From assembly GCA_038231455.1 (NCBI GenBank), contig JBBRLI010000003.1, positions 128,001-192,000 on the forward strand: 64,000 nt of DNA. Reading direction: 5' to 3'. Shown piece by piece: positions 1 through 9,568 of the stretch. The notes under the pieces were generated by a model. The model ran no database searches and had not been told where the DNA came from. It worked only from the letters and a program-made list of their open reading frames with translations. Position numbers and translations under genes: made by a program. This DNA comes from Vulcanimicrobiales bacterium. Lineage in GTDB: Bacteria; Vulcanimicrobiota; Vulcanimicrobiia; Vulcanimicrobiales; Vulcanimicrobiaceae. Each line of letters begins with the position of its first letter. Positions within the stretch are counted from its first letter, which is position 1.

Positions 1-102
1 TTGCGGCATACGCCCGAGCTTATTTTTGTTGAAGATCGGTCGACCGAGAAGGCGATCGAGTTATCCCAAACCCTTGAGAAAGCGAAGGTTATCGATGAGT
101 AG
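1..102 (+). CDS. rbfA: Ribosome-binding factor A, C-terminal part (truncated by window edge)
   Basis: Frame +1 reads LRHTPELIFVEDRS..., typical RbfA C-terminal motif; TAG at 100-102; conserved rbfA-nrnA-truB-ribF order. Confidence 0.85.
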   Translation: MRHTPELIFVEDRSTEKAIELSQTLEKAKVIDE

Positions 103-1078
103 TACGACAGTTGCCCGGTCTGCTTCGACCGAAGAAGTGGTTGCCGAGTTACGTCGTCGCTCGTCGTTCATGTTCGTCTCGCACGTGAAACCCGATGGCG
201 ATACGCTCGGGGCCGGACTTGCGCTCGGCAGCGCGCTCAAGTCGCTTGGAAAACGCGTTGGCTACTTCCAGCAAGACCCGGTGCCGCGTAATTTGCGCTT
301 CCTGGTCGACTCGGAACTCTGCTCGCGTGAAATACCCGCAGACTTGCCCGCCGATACCCTCTGGGTTTTTGGCGACATGAGCGATACGTCGCGCGCCGGT
401 GAGTACTTGCCCGCAATCGACCGCGCAAATGTCCTCAACATCGATCATCACCTTGGGAACTCGCGTTTCGGTGCACTCAACTACGTACTCGAAACCGAAG
501 CCTCGACCGGAACGTGCGTGATGCATTTGCTGCGCGCGCTCAACGTGAAGATTACGCCGGCCATCGCCACGGCGCTCCTTACGACCATCATGACGGACAC
601 GGGTGCGTTCATGCATACGAACACAACGACTGCCGTGCTCGCGCTCTCGGCCGAATTGATGGAACTGGGTGCTGATAAGCCGCTGATCACTGAGGAAATT
701 TTCGCGAACAAACGCTTTGCCGCGATCAAGATCCTCGGCCTTGCGCTCTCCAAAGCCAAAGTCGAAGACAACGGTCGCTACTGCTATACCTACGTCACGC
801 AAGCAATGCTCGATGAGTGCGGTGCGGATGGCGAAGACACCGAAGAGATCGTGCAGCATCTGCGCTCGGTCGAAGGCGTGGAAGCGGCCGCACTGTTCAA
901 AGATTACGACGGCGCGATTCGCGTGAGCTTACGCAGTTCGGGCAAGATCAACGTCATGGAGGCTGCCGCAGCACTGAACGGCGGCGGACACTTCATGGCC
1001 GCCGGCCTGACATACGATGGCGATTTGCAAGCGGCGTTCGCGGGCGTGCACGCCGCACTCGTCGCGCAAGGACTCTAG
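95..1078 (+). CDS. nrnA: Bifunctional oligoribonuclease/PAP phosphatase (DHH family)
   Basis: HVKPDGD, IDHH, TDTG and GGGH motifs; ATG at 95 overlaps rbfA end. Confidence 0.9.
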   Translation: MSSTTVARSASTEEVVAELRRRSSFMFVSHVKPDGDTLGAGLALGSALKSLGKRVGYFQQDPVPRNLRFLVDSELCSREIPADLPADTLWVFGDMSDTSRAGEYLPAIDRANVLNIDHHLGNSRFGALNYVLETEASTGTCVMHLLRALNVKITPAIATALLTTIMTDTGAFMHTNTTTAVLALSAELMELGADKPLITEEIFANKRFAAIKILGLALSKAKVEDNGRYCYTYVTQAMLDECGADGEDTEEIVQHLRSVEGVEAAALFKDYDGAIRVSLRSSGKINVMEAAAALNGGGHFMAAGLTYDGDLQAAFAGVHAALVAQGL

Positions 1079-1087
1079 CGGCCCGCT

Positions 1088-1957
1088 ATCCTCGGCTTCG
1101 TCAATCTCTTCAAACCCGCCGGGCCGACATCGACGCAGTTCGGTGCGCGCCTGCGGCGGATTTATGGCACGCGCGACGGCGGAAAGCTGGCCGTCGGCCA
1201 TTTGGGGACGCTCGATCCGCAAGCTGCGGGTGTTTTGCCAATCGCGCTCGGCAAGGCAACGCGACTCTTGCCGCTCATCACGGATCGGCGCAAGGCGTAC
1301 GTCTGCACGCTCGTTCTCGGACGCGCGACCGACACGGGCGATGCCGTCGGCGCGACGATTGCGACCGCCGATGTTCCACGCGACTTTGCCGAACGATTCG
1401 AGGCCTTAGCGGGTGCGTTTACCGGACCGATCGATCAAATTCCGCCGATGTATAGCGCGGTCCAGATCGGCGGCGAGCGGCTCTACGATCTGGCGCGTGC
1501 CGGAAAGACCGTCGAACGTGCCGCGCGGCACGTCACGATTTATGCGCTGACGTTACTGGGTATCGACGACGATTTGCTGCGCCTGCGCATCGCGTGCAGC
1601 GAGGGAACGTACATTCGCACACTCTGCGAAGACATCGCCAAAGCCATCGGGACGGTCGGTCACATGGGTGCGCTGCTTCGTGAGGCCTCGGGGCCGTTCG
1701 TGCTCTATGAATCGAAGCTCATCGAAGACGTCATCGCCGATCCCGGCGGCGCGCTCGTGTCGCCGGAGAGCGTGATCCCAATTCCAACGATCGTTCTCGA
1801 CGGGCGCGATGCGACGGACTTTCGCGCCGGACGGACCGTGGCTCTTGCTGTCGCGCCGGCAGAGAAGCACGTCTTCGTTCGCGATCAGGCGCGACTGCTT
1901 GTCGGCGTCGGTGAGACGGTGGGAACGTTGCTTGCGCCGCGGAAAGTTTTCGTGTGA
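1088..1957 (+). CDS. truB: tRNA pseudouridine(55) synthase; start uncertain (possibly ATC 1088)
   Basis: GFVNLFKPAGPTS, GHLGTLDP, PPMYSA and CSEGTYIRTL motifs; the conserved N-terminus lies upstream of the first canonical start (TTG 1202). Confidence 0.9.
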   Translation: MLGFVNLFKPAGPTSTQFGARLRRIYGTRDGGKLAVGHLGTLDPQAAGVLPIALGKATRLLPLITDRRKAYVCTLVLGRATDTGDAVGATIATADVPRDFAERFEALAGAFTGPIDQIPPMYSAVQIGGERLYDLARAGKTVERAARHVTIYALTLLGIDDDLLRLRIACSEGTYIRTLCEDIAKAIGTVGHMGALLREASGPFVLYESKLIEDVIADPGGALVSPESVIPIPTIVLDGRDATDFRAGRTVALAVAPAEKHVFVRDQARLLVGVGETVGTLLAPRKVFV

Positions 1958-2892
1958 AGATTCACCACACGATTCCTACGGACGATGCGTATCGGGCGGC
2001 GCGCGCGGCGCATCCGCTCGTCGTCGCGATTGGATTTTTCGACGGGTTCCACCGCGGACATCGCGCAATCGTGCGTGCGCTTCTTGAGGAACGCCGCCCG
2101 GGCGAACGCGCCGCGGTCCTCACGTTCCGCAATCACCCAAGCACGCTGCTGCGTCCCGGAACGGAGCCGCCCCTCATCACGACGCTCGATGAGCGTGTGA
2201 ACAATCTTGCAAATGCCGGTGTCGATGAAGCCTTCGTGCTGAGGTTCGATCACCAGATCGCCTCGCAGTCGCCCAATGAGTTCATCGATACGATGCTCGT
2301 CGACAAAATCGGCGCGCGCGCGATGATCGTCGGTGAGAACTTCCGCTTTGGCGCACGACGTGCGGGCGACGTGGCCTTCGCGCGCACCCAGCTCGAGCTC
2401 CGCGGCGGCAAGCTCGTCGCCGTACCGAACGCCATGGACGATGGCGAGCGCGTCTCCAGCACGCGCGTGCGCTCCGCCCTCAACGAGGGAAACGGCGAGC
2501 TTGCAGATCGGCTCCTTGGGGCGCCGTACACGGTTCGCGGGCTGGTGACATTCGGTGCCGGACGCGGTCACGATCTCGGCTTTCCCACCGCCAATATCGC
2601 GGTCCCGCCCGAGAAACTGCTGCCGCCCGACGGCGTCTATCAGATCGTCGGCCGCTCGGACGGGCGCGATTATCGCGGCCTCGTGTCGATTGGGACAAAC
2701 CCGACCTTCGATGGCCGCAAACGGACCGTCGAGGCCTGGTTACTCGATTTCAACGGTTCGCTCTACGGTCACGAACTTGCGCTGCGCGATTTTCGTTTCT
2801 TACGCGGACAGATCAAATTCGATTCGGTGGAAGCGCTCCTCGAACAAATCCACGCTGACGCCAAAACCGTCCACTTTCCGTCGTTCATCTAG
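1954..2892 (+). CDS. ribF: Bifunctional riboflavin kinase/FAD synthetase
   Basis: GFFDGFHRGH, GENFRFG, SSTRVR, LGFPTAN, GTNPT motifs. Confidence 0.95.
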   Translation: MKIHHTIPTDDAYRAARAAHPLVVAIGFFDGFHRGHRAIVRALLEERRPGERAAVLTFRNHPSTLLRPGTEPPLITTLDERVNNLANAGVDEAFVLRFDHQIASQSPNEFIDTMLVDKIGARAMIVGENFRFGARRAGDVAFARTQLELRGGKLVAVPNAMDDGERVSSTRVRSALNEGNGELADRLLGAPYTVRGLVTFGAGRGHDLGFPTANIAVPPEKLLPPDGVYQIVGRSDGRDYRGLVSIGTNPTFDGRKRTVEAWLLDFNGSLYGHELALRDFRFLRGQIKFDSVEALLEQIHADAKTVHFPSFI

Positions 2893-2899
2893 GAGCCCC

Positions 2900-3376
2900 A
2901 TGAAACGCCTCGCCGTCACGCTCGCCGCTCTCATCGCATTCGCCCCGGTCGCGGCACTTGCGATTCCGCAAGTAAATAAGCCCGCACCCGAGTTCAAGCT
3001 GAAGAACACGGCCGGAAAAGAGATCTCGCTCTCGAGCCTCAAGGGCAAAGCGGTGTATGTCAATTTCTTCGCAACGTGGTGTGGTCCGTGCAATGAAGAA
3101 GCCCCCGATATCGCGCGTTTGGCGAAAAAATACAAGGCGAAGCTCGTCACCTACGGCATCGACGAACAGGAGAGTCGCGACAAAGCACTCGGCTTCATCA
3201 AACAGTATAAACTCCCGTACGGTGTGCTCCTCGACGACACGCAAGTCGGAAATGCGTATGGAGCACTCGGACTCCCCGTGCACGTCTTCATCGACCGGAA
3301 CGGCGTTGTGAAGACCTACCGCATCGGCGAGATGAACAAGGACGAGATCGAAACGGCGATCAAAGGGGCGATCTAA
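2900..3376 (+). CDS. TlpA/ResA-family thiol-disulfide oxidoreductase, exported
   Basis: Signal peptide; NFFATWCGPC; cis-Pro motif GLP; AGGAG RBS before ATG 2900. Confidence 0.9.
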   Translation: MKRLAVTLAALIAFAPVAALAIPQVNKPAPEFKLKNTAGKEISLSSLKGKAVYVNFFATWCGPCNEEAPDIARLAKKYKAKLVTYGIDEQESRDKALGFIKQYKLPYGVLLDDTQVGNAYGALGLPVHVFIDRNGVVKTYRIGEMNKDEIETAIKGAI

Positions 3377-3411
3377 ACTTCTCGCGAGCTAAATCGGGGT
3401 TTTAGTTCTTG

Positions 3412-4437
3412 ATGACCTTCGCTTTTGGGCCCTTCGGTCGGGCAATGCTCTTGCTCTTCGCCGCGATCGCTTTCTCTGTCGCCCCTGGAAAAGCCAAGGC
3501 GGACGAATCTGCCTATGCAAGCTGGGGACACGATCCGTATGCCGCTCGCATTATTACGGGAGACATCGATCGCTTTTGGCTTGCGTACGACGCCTCATCA
3601 CGGGGTCGCCGAATCGACGCCATGCGATCCTACGTTGCAAATGGATCGCCAGGCGAACACGACTTCATCCCAAACCGGATCAGAAGCGGCGATCATCTTG
3701 CATCGGTCGTTGACGATCACGAAGCGTATTATCAGACGGTTCGACCGTGGACACTTCGCGCCCGTAGTTATGTGCCGCAGATCCGCCGGATTTTTTCGAC
3801 GGCGCGCAAGCTGATCGGCGACGAAGCTGTTTTTCCGGACGTGTATTTTGTGATTGGAGCCCTAAGCTCTGGAGGTACTGCCGGGGAACACGGCTTGATC
3901 ATGGGTACCGAGGTTGACACACTTCCGACCAAGCGCGATCAGAGCGCCTGTCAGGGACTTACTTGGTTATGTTCTGCAGCGCAGCCGATCGACCGCGTGC
4001 CCTTCATCGTGGCGCACGAGCTAATGCACGCGGAGCAATGGGCGCTGAATCGTGACCGCGTCGAGGAAGCCGACAACGCAACATTGTTGCAACTTGCGCT
4101 CGCGGAAGGCGTCGCCGACTATCTCGGCGAGCGACTCAGTGGATTGCGGCGCGTCGCTCCCTATGTGCCGTTCGGAGAGGCACATCGGGCAGAGGTACGC
4201 GACGTGTTCTTGGCAGCGCGGACGTCAACAAAACAGCGCGAGATTGCGGAGTTTTTGTACAACGACCCGGCGCTTCACCCGGGCTGGCCTCACGATCTGG
4301 GGTACGACGTCGGCTATCGAATCGCTCAAGGATACGTTCTCAATCGAGCGGACGAGCGCGCCGCAATCCGAGAACTGCTTGCGATGAAAGATGCAGAAAA
4401 AATTCTCACGATTAGCGGTTACGCCGGAAAACCCTGA
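3412..4437 (+). CDS. Secreted putative Zn-dependent protease (DUF2268-like)
   Basis: Signal peptide; HELMH zincin motif, downstream EGVAD, DLGYDVGYRIA. Confidence 0.7.
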   Translation: MTFAFGPFGRAMLLLFAAIAFSVAPGKAKADESAYASWGHDPYAARIITGDIDRFWLAYDASSRGRRIDAMRSYVANGSPGEHDFIPNRIRSGDHLASVVDDHEAYYQTVRPWTLRARSYVPQIRRIFSTARKLIGDEAVFPDVYFVIGALSSGGTAGEHGLIMGTEVDTLPTKRDQSACQGLTWLCSAAQPIDRVPFIVAHELMHAEQWALNRDRVEEADNATLLQLALAEGVADYLGERLSGLRRVAPYVPFGEAHRAEVRDVFLAARTSTKQREIAEFLYNDPALHPGWPHDLGYDVGYRIAQGYVLNRADERAAIRELLAMKDAEKILTISGYAGKP

Positions 4438-4446
4438 GGTGTTTGG

Positions 4447-4815
4447 TTATGCCGTTTTTCGTTTATGAAAGAGAAACGTGTTGCCGTCAGGATCTTCGCA
4501 GATCGACATAAAGCACACCGTCGTCGCGAAGGAATCTATCTCGACCTTGTGACCGGCTGCGCGTCGTTTCTCGGTTGCCGCCGCTACATCGGGTACGGAG
4601 AACATGATGCCTTGTGATTTCGTCCAAGCATCTTGCAGTTCTCCGATTGCAAACGTCGCGCCGTCGGCAAGGTCATACTCGACGAAAGCGCCATCCATGA
4701 ATTCGCGTGCCACCGTCATGCTAATGTCATCGCGATAGAATGCTTTCGCTCGGGGCACATCGGTAACCGCGTACGAGACGCCATCGATTCCAGTCGGGCC
4801 AATATGCTTGTCCAT
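4447..4815 (-). CDS. VOC/glyoxalase-family protein
   Basis: VTDVPRAKAFY and DPDGN motifs. Confidence 0.85.
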   Translation of the reverse strand: MDKHIGPTGIDGVSYAVTDVPRAKAFYRDDISMTVAREFMDGAFVEYDLADGATFAIGELQDAWTKSQGIMFSVPDVAAATEKRRAAGHKVEIDSFATTVCFMSICEDPDGNTFLFHKRKTA

Positions 4816-4850
4816 CGTGGTTGCGGTTAAGCCGTCACCGAGGCATTCCC

Positions 4851-5330
4851 CTACTTGAGCGGCCTAACGGCTCGCTGGCACGCATCGCGGAGCTCGCCTA
4901 CGCTTAACGAAGCGCATGGGTTTCCGGTCGCGCGCGGACCCAGATCATGGCGCGGATCGGTGAAAGGCACGAAGAGGATCGGATGTTCGAGCGCGCGTAG
5001 CGGTGCGGCGATCGCATCGATGGCGCTTGCGCCAATCGGAATCGTCGTTGTCGTTAGACCGAGTTGCCCAAGCGCGTAGCCAGCCTCTCGCCTCGCGCCG
5101 GAGACATCACCGCGCTGCAAGCGTTGAATGGCGGCTTGATACGAGAGTGATGCTGCGGTTGAAGCCGTCGGACTTTGAATGTTCGATCGTGCGATTGCGA
5201 GCATCGAGTCGAAGAGCAAGCTGCGGGTCTGAGCGTCCGTATTCGATGGTGGCGTTGTAAGGGGGATGGCTTGCGCATTTGCCGCGACCGGCGCGAGCCC
5301 GAGCATCAGTGCGAGTAGCAGACGTTTCAT
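4851..5330 (-). CDS. Hypothetical secreted protein
   Basis: MKRLLLAL...ANAQA signal peptide; start overlaps Clp gene stop (ATGA). Confidence 0.7.
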   Translation of the reverse strand: MKRLLLALMLGLAPVAANAQAIPLTTPPSNTDAQTRSLLFDSMLAIARSNIQSPTASTAASLSYQAAIQRLQRGDVSGARREAGYALGQLGLTTTTIPIGASAIDAIAAPLRALEHPILFVPFTDPRHDLGPRATGNPCASLSVGELRDACQRAVRPLK

Positions 5331-7303
5331 GCAGCGGCTTCGACGGTAATCGAGCGGCCGTCGGAGTCGACGCGCGCGGTTGTTCCCGTCGCGAAATCAC
5401 CGCGCAATAAAGCGTTTGAGAGCGGGCTCGTCACGTGCCGCGCGATCGAGCGGGCCACGTAGCGCGCCCCGCTTCCCGAAGCGAGACTCTCTTTTGCAAG
5501 GAAGCTCAGCGCGGCTGGCGTTAAGGCGAGCGTGACGGACTGCGTACCGAGCCGCTCGACTAAGTGGTGGATTTGCAACGAGACGATTTTCTCGATGTCT
5601 TTTGCATCCAGTTCGCGGAACACGACGACATCGTCGATGCGGTCGACGAGTTCCGGTCGCAAGTTGCCTTCGACTTCATCGGGTTCGAGATTGCTCGTCA
5701 TGACGAGGAGCGCGTGACGGAAATCGATCGACCGTCCCTTGGCATCCGTAACGCGGCCGTCGTCGAGAATCTGGAGCAGAATTGCTGCGACATCGGGGTG
5801 CGCTTTTTCGATCTCATCGAACAAGATTACGGAATACGGGCGACGGCGTACGGCTTCCGTAAGTTGGCCGGGCTCATCGTGGCCGGCGTAACCGGGCGGT
5901 GCGCCGAGTAGGCGCGAGACGGTGTGCGACTCGGTATATTCCGAGAGGTCGAGTCGGATGAGAGCGTCGTCCGTGCCGAAGAGCGAATGCGCGAGCGTGC
6001 GGGCAAGTTCGGTCTTGCCGACGCCGCTCGGCCCAATAAAGAGAAATCCGCCAACCGGTTTCCGCGGATCCTTGAGGCCCGCGCGGGCACGGCGGATGGC
6101 CTCTGCGACGACGCGGACGGCTTCGCTTTGACCGATCACGCGTTCTTCTAGCTCGGCTTCAAGTGCGAGCAGACCCGCGCGCTGCGCTTCGGTGAGCGTC
6201 GAGACCGGTATGCCGGTCGCCGACGAAATCACGGTCGCGATATTTTCGGCCGTTACCCGCGGACGCGTTCCGGTACTACCGATCGCGGCTTTCGCCGATG
6301 CTTCATCGAGTACGTCGATCGCTTTGTCGGGAAGAAAGCGGTCGGCGATGTAGCGCGCCGAAAGCGTCGCCGCAGCGGTTATCGCTTCGTCGGTGATCTC
6401 GACGTTGTGGTGCGCGCCGTATTTCGGGCGAAGTCCGCGCAGGATACCGATTGTCTGTTCCACCGTCGGCTCTTCGACCATCACGGGTTGAAAACGCCGC
6501 TCGAGCGCAGCGTCGGCCTCGACATACTTACGGTATTCATCGAAGGTCGTCGCGCCGATGCACTGCAGTTCGCCGCGCGCCAGTTCCGGTTTGATCATCG
6601 AGGAGAGATCGAGTGATCCCTCGGCTGCGCCCGCACCGACGAGTGTATGCAACTCGTCGATAAAGAGAATGACGTCGCGCGCACTGCGCTTGACCTCATC
6701 GAGAATTTTCTTGACCCGGCCTTCAAATTCGCCGCGGTACTTCGTTCCCGCGACGAGCGGCCCGAGCGAGAGCGCGAGTACTTTTTTATCTTTGAGCGCG
6801 GCGGGAACGTCGCCTGAGGCGATCCGCTGCGCGAGTCCTTCGACGATCGCGGTTTTGCCGACGCCGGGTTCGCCGACGAGGACGGGATTATTCTTACTGC
6901 GCCGTGCGAGAATCGCGACCACGCGTTCGATTTCTTCATCGCGCCCGATTACGGGGTCGAGTTCGCCGGCAACGGCCGCAGCCGTCAAGTCACGCGAATA
7001 CTGCGAGAGCACCGGTGTGGCACCGCGAAGACGCTTAGTCCAGTCGAGTGCCTGATTTGCCGGGCTCTCGCCGCCTGTGCCGCCGCTTCCCCCGCGATTG
7101 AGCCGCTCGTACGCGAAGGCGGCGCCAGCGAACAGTGCGGCAGCCGAGAGCGCCGCGCCCACGAACGGAGCGATCGCCCCGCGCCGAGCCCGAGCGCATG
7201 TCTCGCAAACGGCAGCATCCGTCCACTTGCCGTTCCGCAGCGCATAATCGCGCGTGCTCGCCGGACGCTCGTTACAGACCTCGCATGTCGCTGCTACCAT
7301 CAT
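5327..7303 (-). CDS. Class 1 Clp/Hsp100 ATPase with N-terminal CxxC-CxxC Zn finger and hydrophobic helix (ClpE-like)
   Basis: Two AAA+ modules ([27 protein letters not shown]); CEVC...CETC; no Clp-N repeat domain. Confidence 0.9.
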   Translation of the reverse strand: MMVAATCEVCNERPASTRDYALRNGKWTDAAVCETCARARRGAIAPFVGAALSAAALFAGAAFAYERLNRGGSGGTGGESPANQALDWTKRLRGATPVLSQYSRDLTAAAVAGELDPVIGRDEEIERVVAILARRSKNNPVLVGEPGVGKTAIVEGLAQRIASGDVPAALKDKKVLALSLGPLVAGTKYRGEFEGRVKKILDEVKRSARDVILFIDELHTLVGAGAAEGSLDLSSMIKPELARGELQCIGATTFDEYRKYVEADAALERRFQPVMVEEPTVEQTIGILRGLRPKYGAHHNVEITDEAITAAATLSARYIADRFLPDKAIDVLDEASAKAAIGSTGTRPRVTAENIATVISSATGIPVSTLTEAQRAGLLALEAELEERVIGQSEAVRVVAEAIRRARAGLKDPRKPVGGFLFIGPSGVGKTELARTLAHSLFGTDDALIRLDLSEYTESHTVSRLLGAPPGYAGHDEPGQLTEAVRRRPYSVILFDEIEKAHPDVAAILLQILDDGRVTDAKGRSIDFRHALLVMTSNLEPDEVEGNLRPELVDRIDDVVVFRELDAKDIEKIVSLQIHHLVERLGTQSVTLALTPAALSFLAKESLASGSGARYVARSIARHVTSPLSNALLRGDFATGTTARVDSDGRSITVEAAA

Positions 7304-7342
7304 ACCCTCCCTACCCGGTGGAGGGCGGCCGAGTTTCGGCAG

Positions 7343-8056
7343 CTATGGAGCGATGATGTAAACGACGTTGACCGTCGCTGTGACCGTCAGACCGCTAGGC
7401 AAGACTTCGGTCGGCAATTGGACCTCTTTCGCAGCGCTCGCGCGTGCCATCGCTTGTATTTGCGGACGAAAGATGGGCGGATTCGAGAACGTTGCGATCG
7501 ATTTGATCCGAACGATTTTCTCGTGCGCCGCATCGGCGAGCACGCGGCTGTTCGCCTGAGCCGTGTTCATCGCATCGGTAAGTGCCGCGCGATACGCCGC
7601 CTGCGGATCCCGCAGTCCGTAGGACACGCCGCCGATATTCGATACGTTCGCCGCGGTGCCGGCATCGATGACTTTGCCGGCGTTATCGATGTTCTCGATG
7701 CGAATCGAGACTGTCCGGGTCACGTTGAATGTCTTTTTCGCGCCATCCATATACGTGTTGAGCTGGTAGGACGTCGTCTTAACCGCGTCGCGGGCGAGAC
7801 CGAGGGCGAGCACTTTCCCGACTAAGCCGTTGTAGCGATTGTTGTTGTCGAGCGTGGCTTTCGCCGCGGTATCCTCCGTGCTGTCGATCGTCATATCGAC
7901 GGTCGCCAGGTCCGGCGCGCGTGTCACGCTTCCCGTCGCCGAGAGCGTAATCGTGGAATCATCCGGGGTCGATGTCGTAACGGTGGCAGCACCGGCAACG
8001 CCCATGAGGGAGAGCGCCAGTGAAGCGGTCAGGGCAGCAAACGTGATGTGCTTCAT
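7343..8056 (-). CDS. SIMPL (DUF541) periplasmic protein
   Basis: Signal peptide; G-x-V-x-x-x-PD N-terminal motif; C-terminal VTATVNVVY. Confidence 0.85.
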   Translation of the reverse strand: MKHITFAALTASLALSLMGVAGAATVTTSTPDDSTITLSATGSVTRAPDLATVDMTIDSTEDTAAKATLDNNNRYNGLVGKVLALGLARDAVKTTSYQLNTYMDGAKKTFNVTRTVSIRIENIDNAGKVIDAGTAANVSNIGGVSYGLRDPQAAYRAALTDAMNTAQANSRVLADAAHEKIVRIKSIATFSNPPIFRPQIQAMARASAAKEVQLPTEVLPSGLTVTATVNVVYIIAP

Positions 8057-8185
8057 AGTTCCTCAACGCAACCGGGTGCAAGTTCGTTATCTGGGTTTCG
8101 ACCAAGATTTCTCGGGGAAGGATTCTCCCTGTCAGGCGGCCGCTTCGAGCCTCCGAAAAACTCCGAAAGGGAACGACTCGAAATT

Positions 8186-8443
8186 ATGGATCTCTTATTT
8201 TGGCTGATCGTCGGACTCATCGCAGGCTTCCTCGCGAAATACGTCGTCCCCGGTGAGGGCCCCGGCGGTGCCATCGGCGATATCATCGTCGGCGTGATCG
8301 GCGCCTTCATCGGCGGCTTCGTGTTCAACGCCTTCGGCCACGCCGGTTCGGGCGGCTTCATCTACAGCACGCTCGTCGCGTTCGTTGGAGCGGTCATCCT
8401 GCTCTTCGTACTCCGCGCGTTCTCGGGCCGTCGCGTCGCCTAA
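8186..8443 (+). CDS. GlsB/YeaQ/YmgE-family stress membrane protein
   Basis: WLIVGLIAGFLA...IVGVIGAFIGG...GAVILL pattern. Confidence 0.9.
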   Translation: MDLLFWLIVGLIAGFLAKYVVPGEGPGGAIGDIIVGVIGAFIGGFVFNAFGHAGSGGFIYSTLVAFVGAVILLFVLRAFSGRRVA

Positions 8444-8463
8444 CCCCTGCGACAAATCCCGCA

Positions 8464-8499
8464 AGGCGTCCCTCAGAGATGATGGGCGCCTTTTTCATT
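8464..8499 (+). terminator. Intrinsic terminator after the GlsB-like gene
   Basis: AAGGCGTCC...GGGCGCCTT stem followed by a T run. Confidence 0.6.
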
Positions 8500-8583
8500 C
8501 TCACGATGTGACCAGGACCATCGGGAGTGCGCTCCGTAAAAGAACCCCTTCACCGAGCGCAGAGAGGTCTTGTAAACACCCAA

Positions 8584-8826
8584 ATGGCGTATGTCATTAC
8601 GGAACCTTGCATCGGCACGAAAGACAAATCGTGCGTTGATGTGTGCCCCGTCGATTGTATCCACGGCGGCGACGACGAAAAACAGCTCTTCATCGACCCC
8701 GAAGTCTGCATCGATTGCGGCGCGTGCGTATCGGCATGCCCGGTCGAGGCGATTTATGCGGATTCCGACGTCCCCGATAAATGGAAAAATTTTATCGACG
8801 TCAATGCGGAATTCTTCAAGAACTAG
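8584..8826 (+). CDS. Ferredoxin (7Fe/dicluster type)
   Basis: MAYVITEPC...CVDVCPVDCI...CIDCGACVSACPV. Confidence 0.95.
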   Translation: MAYVITEPCIGTKDKSCVDVCPVDCIHGGDDEKQLFIDPEVCIDCGACVSACPVEAIYADSDVPDKWKNFIDVNAEFFKN

Positions 8827-8846
8827 GACGCGCTTGCGTTCAACTG

Positions 8847-8877
8847 CGAAGGGCGGTCGCTTGCGGCCGCCTTTCGT
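8847..8877 (+). terminator. Hairpin/terminator after ferredoxin
   Basis: GAAGGGCGGTCGC-TT-GCGGCCGCCTTTC stem. Confidence 0.55.
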
Positions 8878-8890
8878 CGTCTAAGCCCAC

Positions 8891-9568
8891 GTGGAACGCA
8901 TCGTCGCGCGCGAGCTGATGGACGACCCGGTCGAGTCGCTCGCCGAACTCGAAGGGAACCTGCGCGATATCGCCTTCGCGAACGCCGTCTTTAATGGAAC
9001 CGCACCGGTTGTCCGTGCTGTGCGCGCGAGCGCTGCGACGAGCGTTCTCGACGTGGGCTGCGGCCTCGCCGATATCCCGCTTGCGCTCGTACGCGATGCG
9101 GATCGGCGCGGAGCGCCTTTGCACGTGACGTGTCTCGATCACAGCGAACAGATGCTCGCTCTCGCGCGCAAGGCAACGCGGGATCACCCCGCGCTCGACT
9201 TTGTGCACGGTAAAGGCGAGTCGTTGCCGTATCCGGATGACGCCTTTGATGTTGTGATGTGTAGTCTTGCGCTCCATCATTTCGAACCGACGTCCGCGGA
9301 GCGGCTCTTGCGCGAACTGCGTCGCGTCTCCAAGATCACGCCGGTTCTTTGCGATATGTATCGTTCGCGGCTGGCGTATATCGGCGCGCGAGTCTGGACG
9401 ACGGTTGCCACGCGTAATCGGCTCACACGCAACGATGCTCCACTCTCCGTGCGCCGTTCGTATACTCCCGTCGAAGCGCTCGCGCTCGCACGCGGTGCCG
9501 GCTGGGTGAAGCCGGTTCTGGAGACCTCGGCGTTCTTTCGCATGACCCTCACGGATGGGCCGAAGTGA
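8891..9568 (+). CDS. SAM-dependent methyltransferase (type usually found beside type III PKS genes)
   Basis: ELMDD N-terminal motif, VLDVGCG, SLALHHF, DAPLSVRRSY. Confidence 0.9.
   Translation: MERIVARELMDDPVESLAELEGNLRDIAFANAVFNGTAPVVRAVRASAATSVLDVGCGLADIPLALVRDADRRGAPLHVTCLDHSEQMLALARKATRDHPALDFVHGKGESLPYPDDAFDVVMCSLALHHFEPTSAERLLRELRRVSKITPVLCDMYRSRLAYIGARVWTTVATRNRLTRNDAPLSVRRSYTPVEALALARGAGWVKPVLETSAFFRMTLTDGPK

Noticed and set aside
8500-8583. Riboswitch upstream of the ferredoxin gene (GTGCGCTC...GAGCGCA stem)
   Set aside because: Only one short stem and no recognisable riboswitch consensus.
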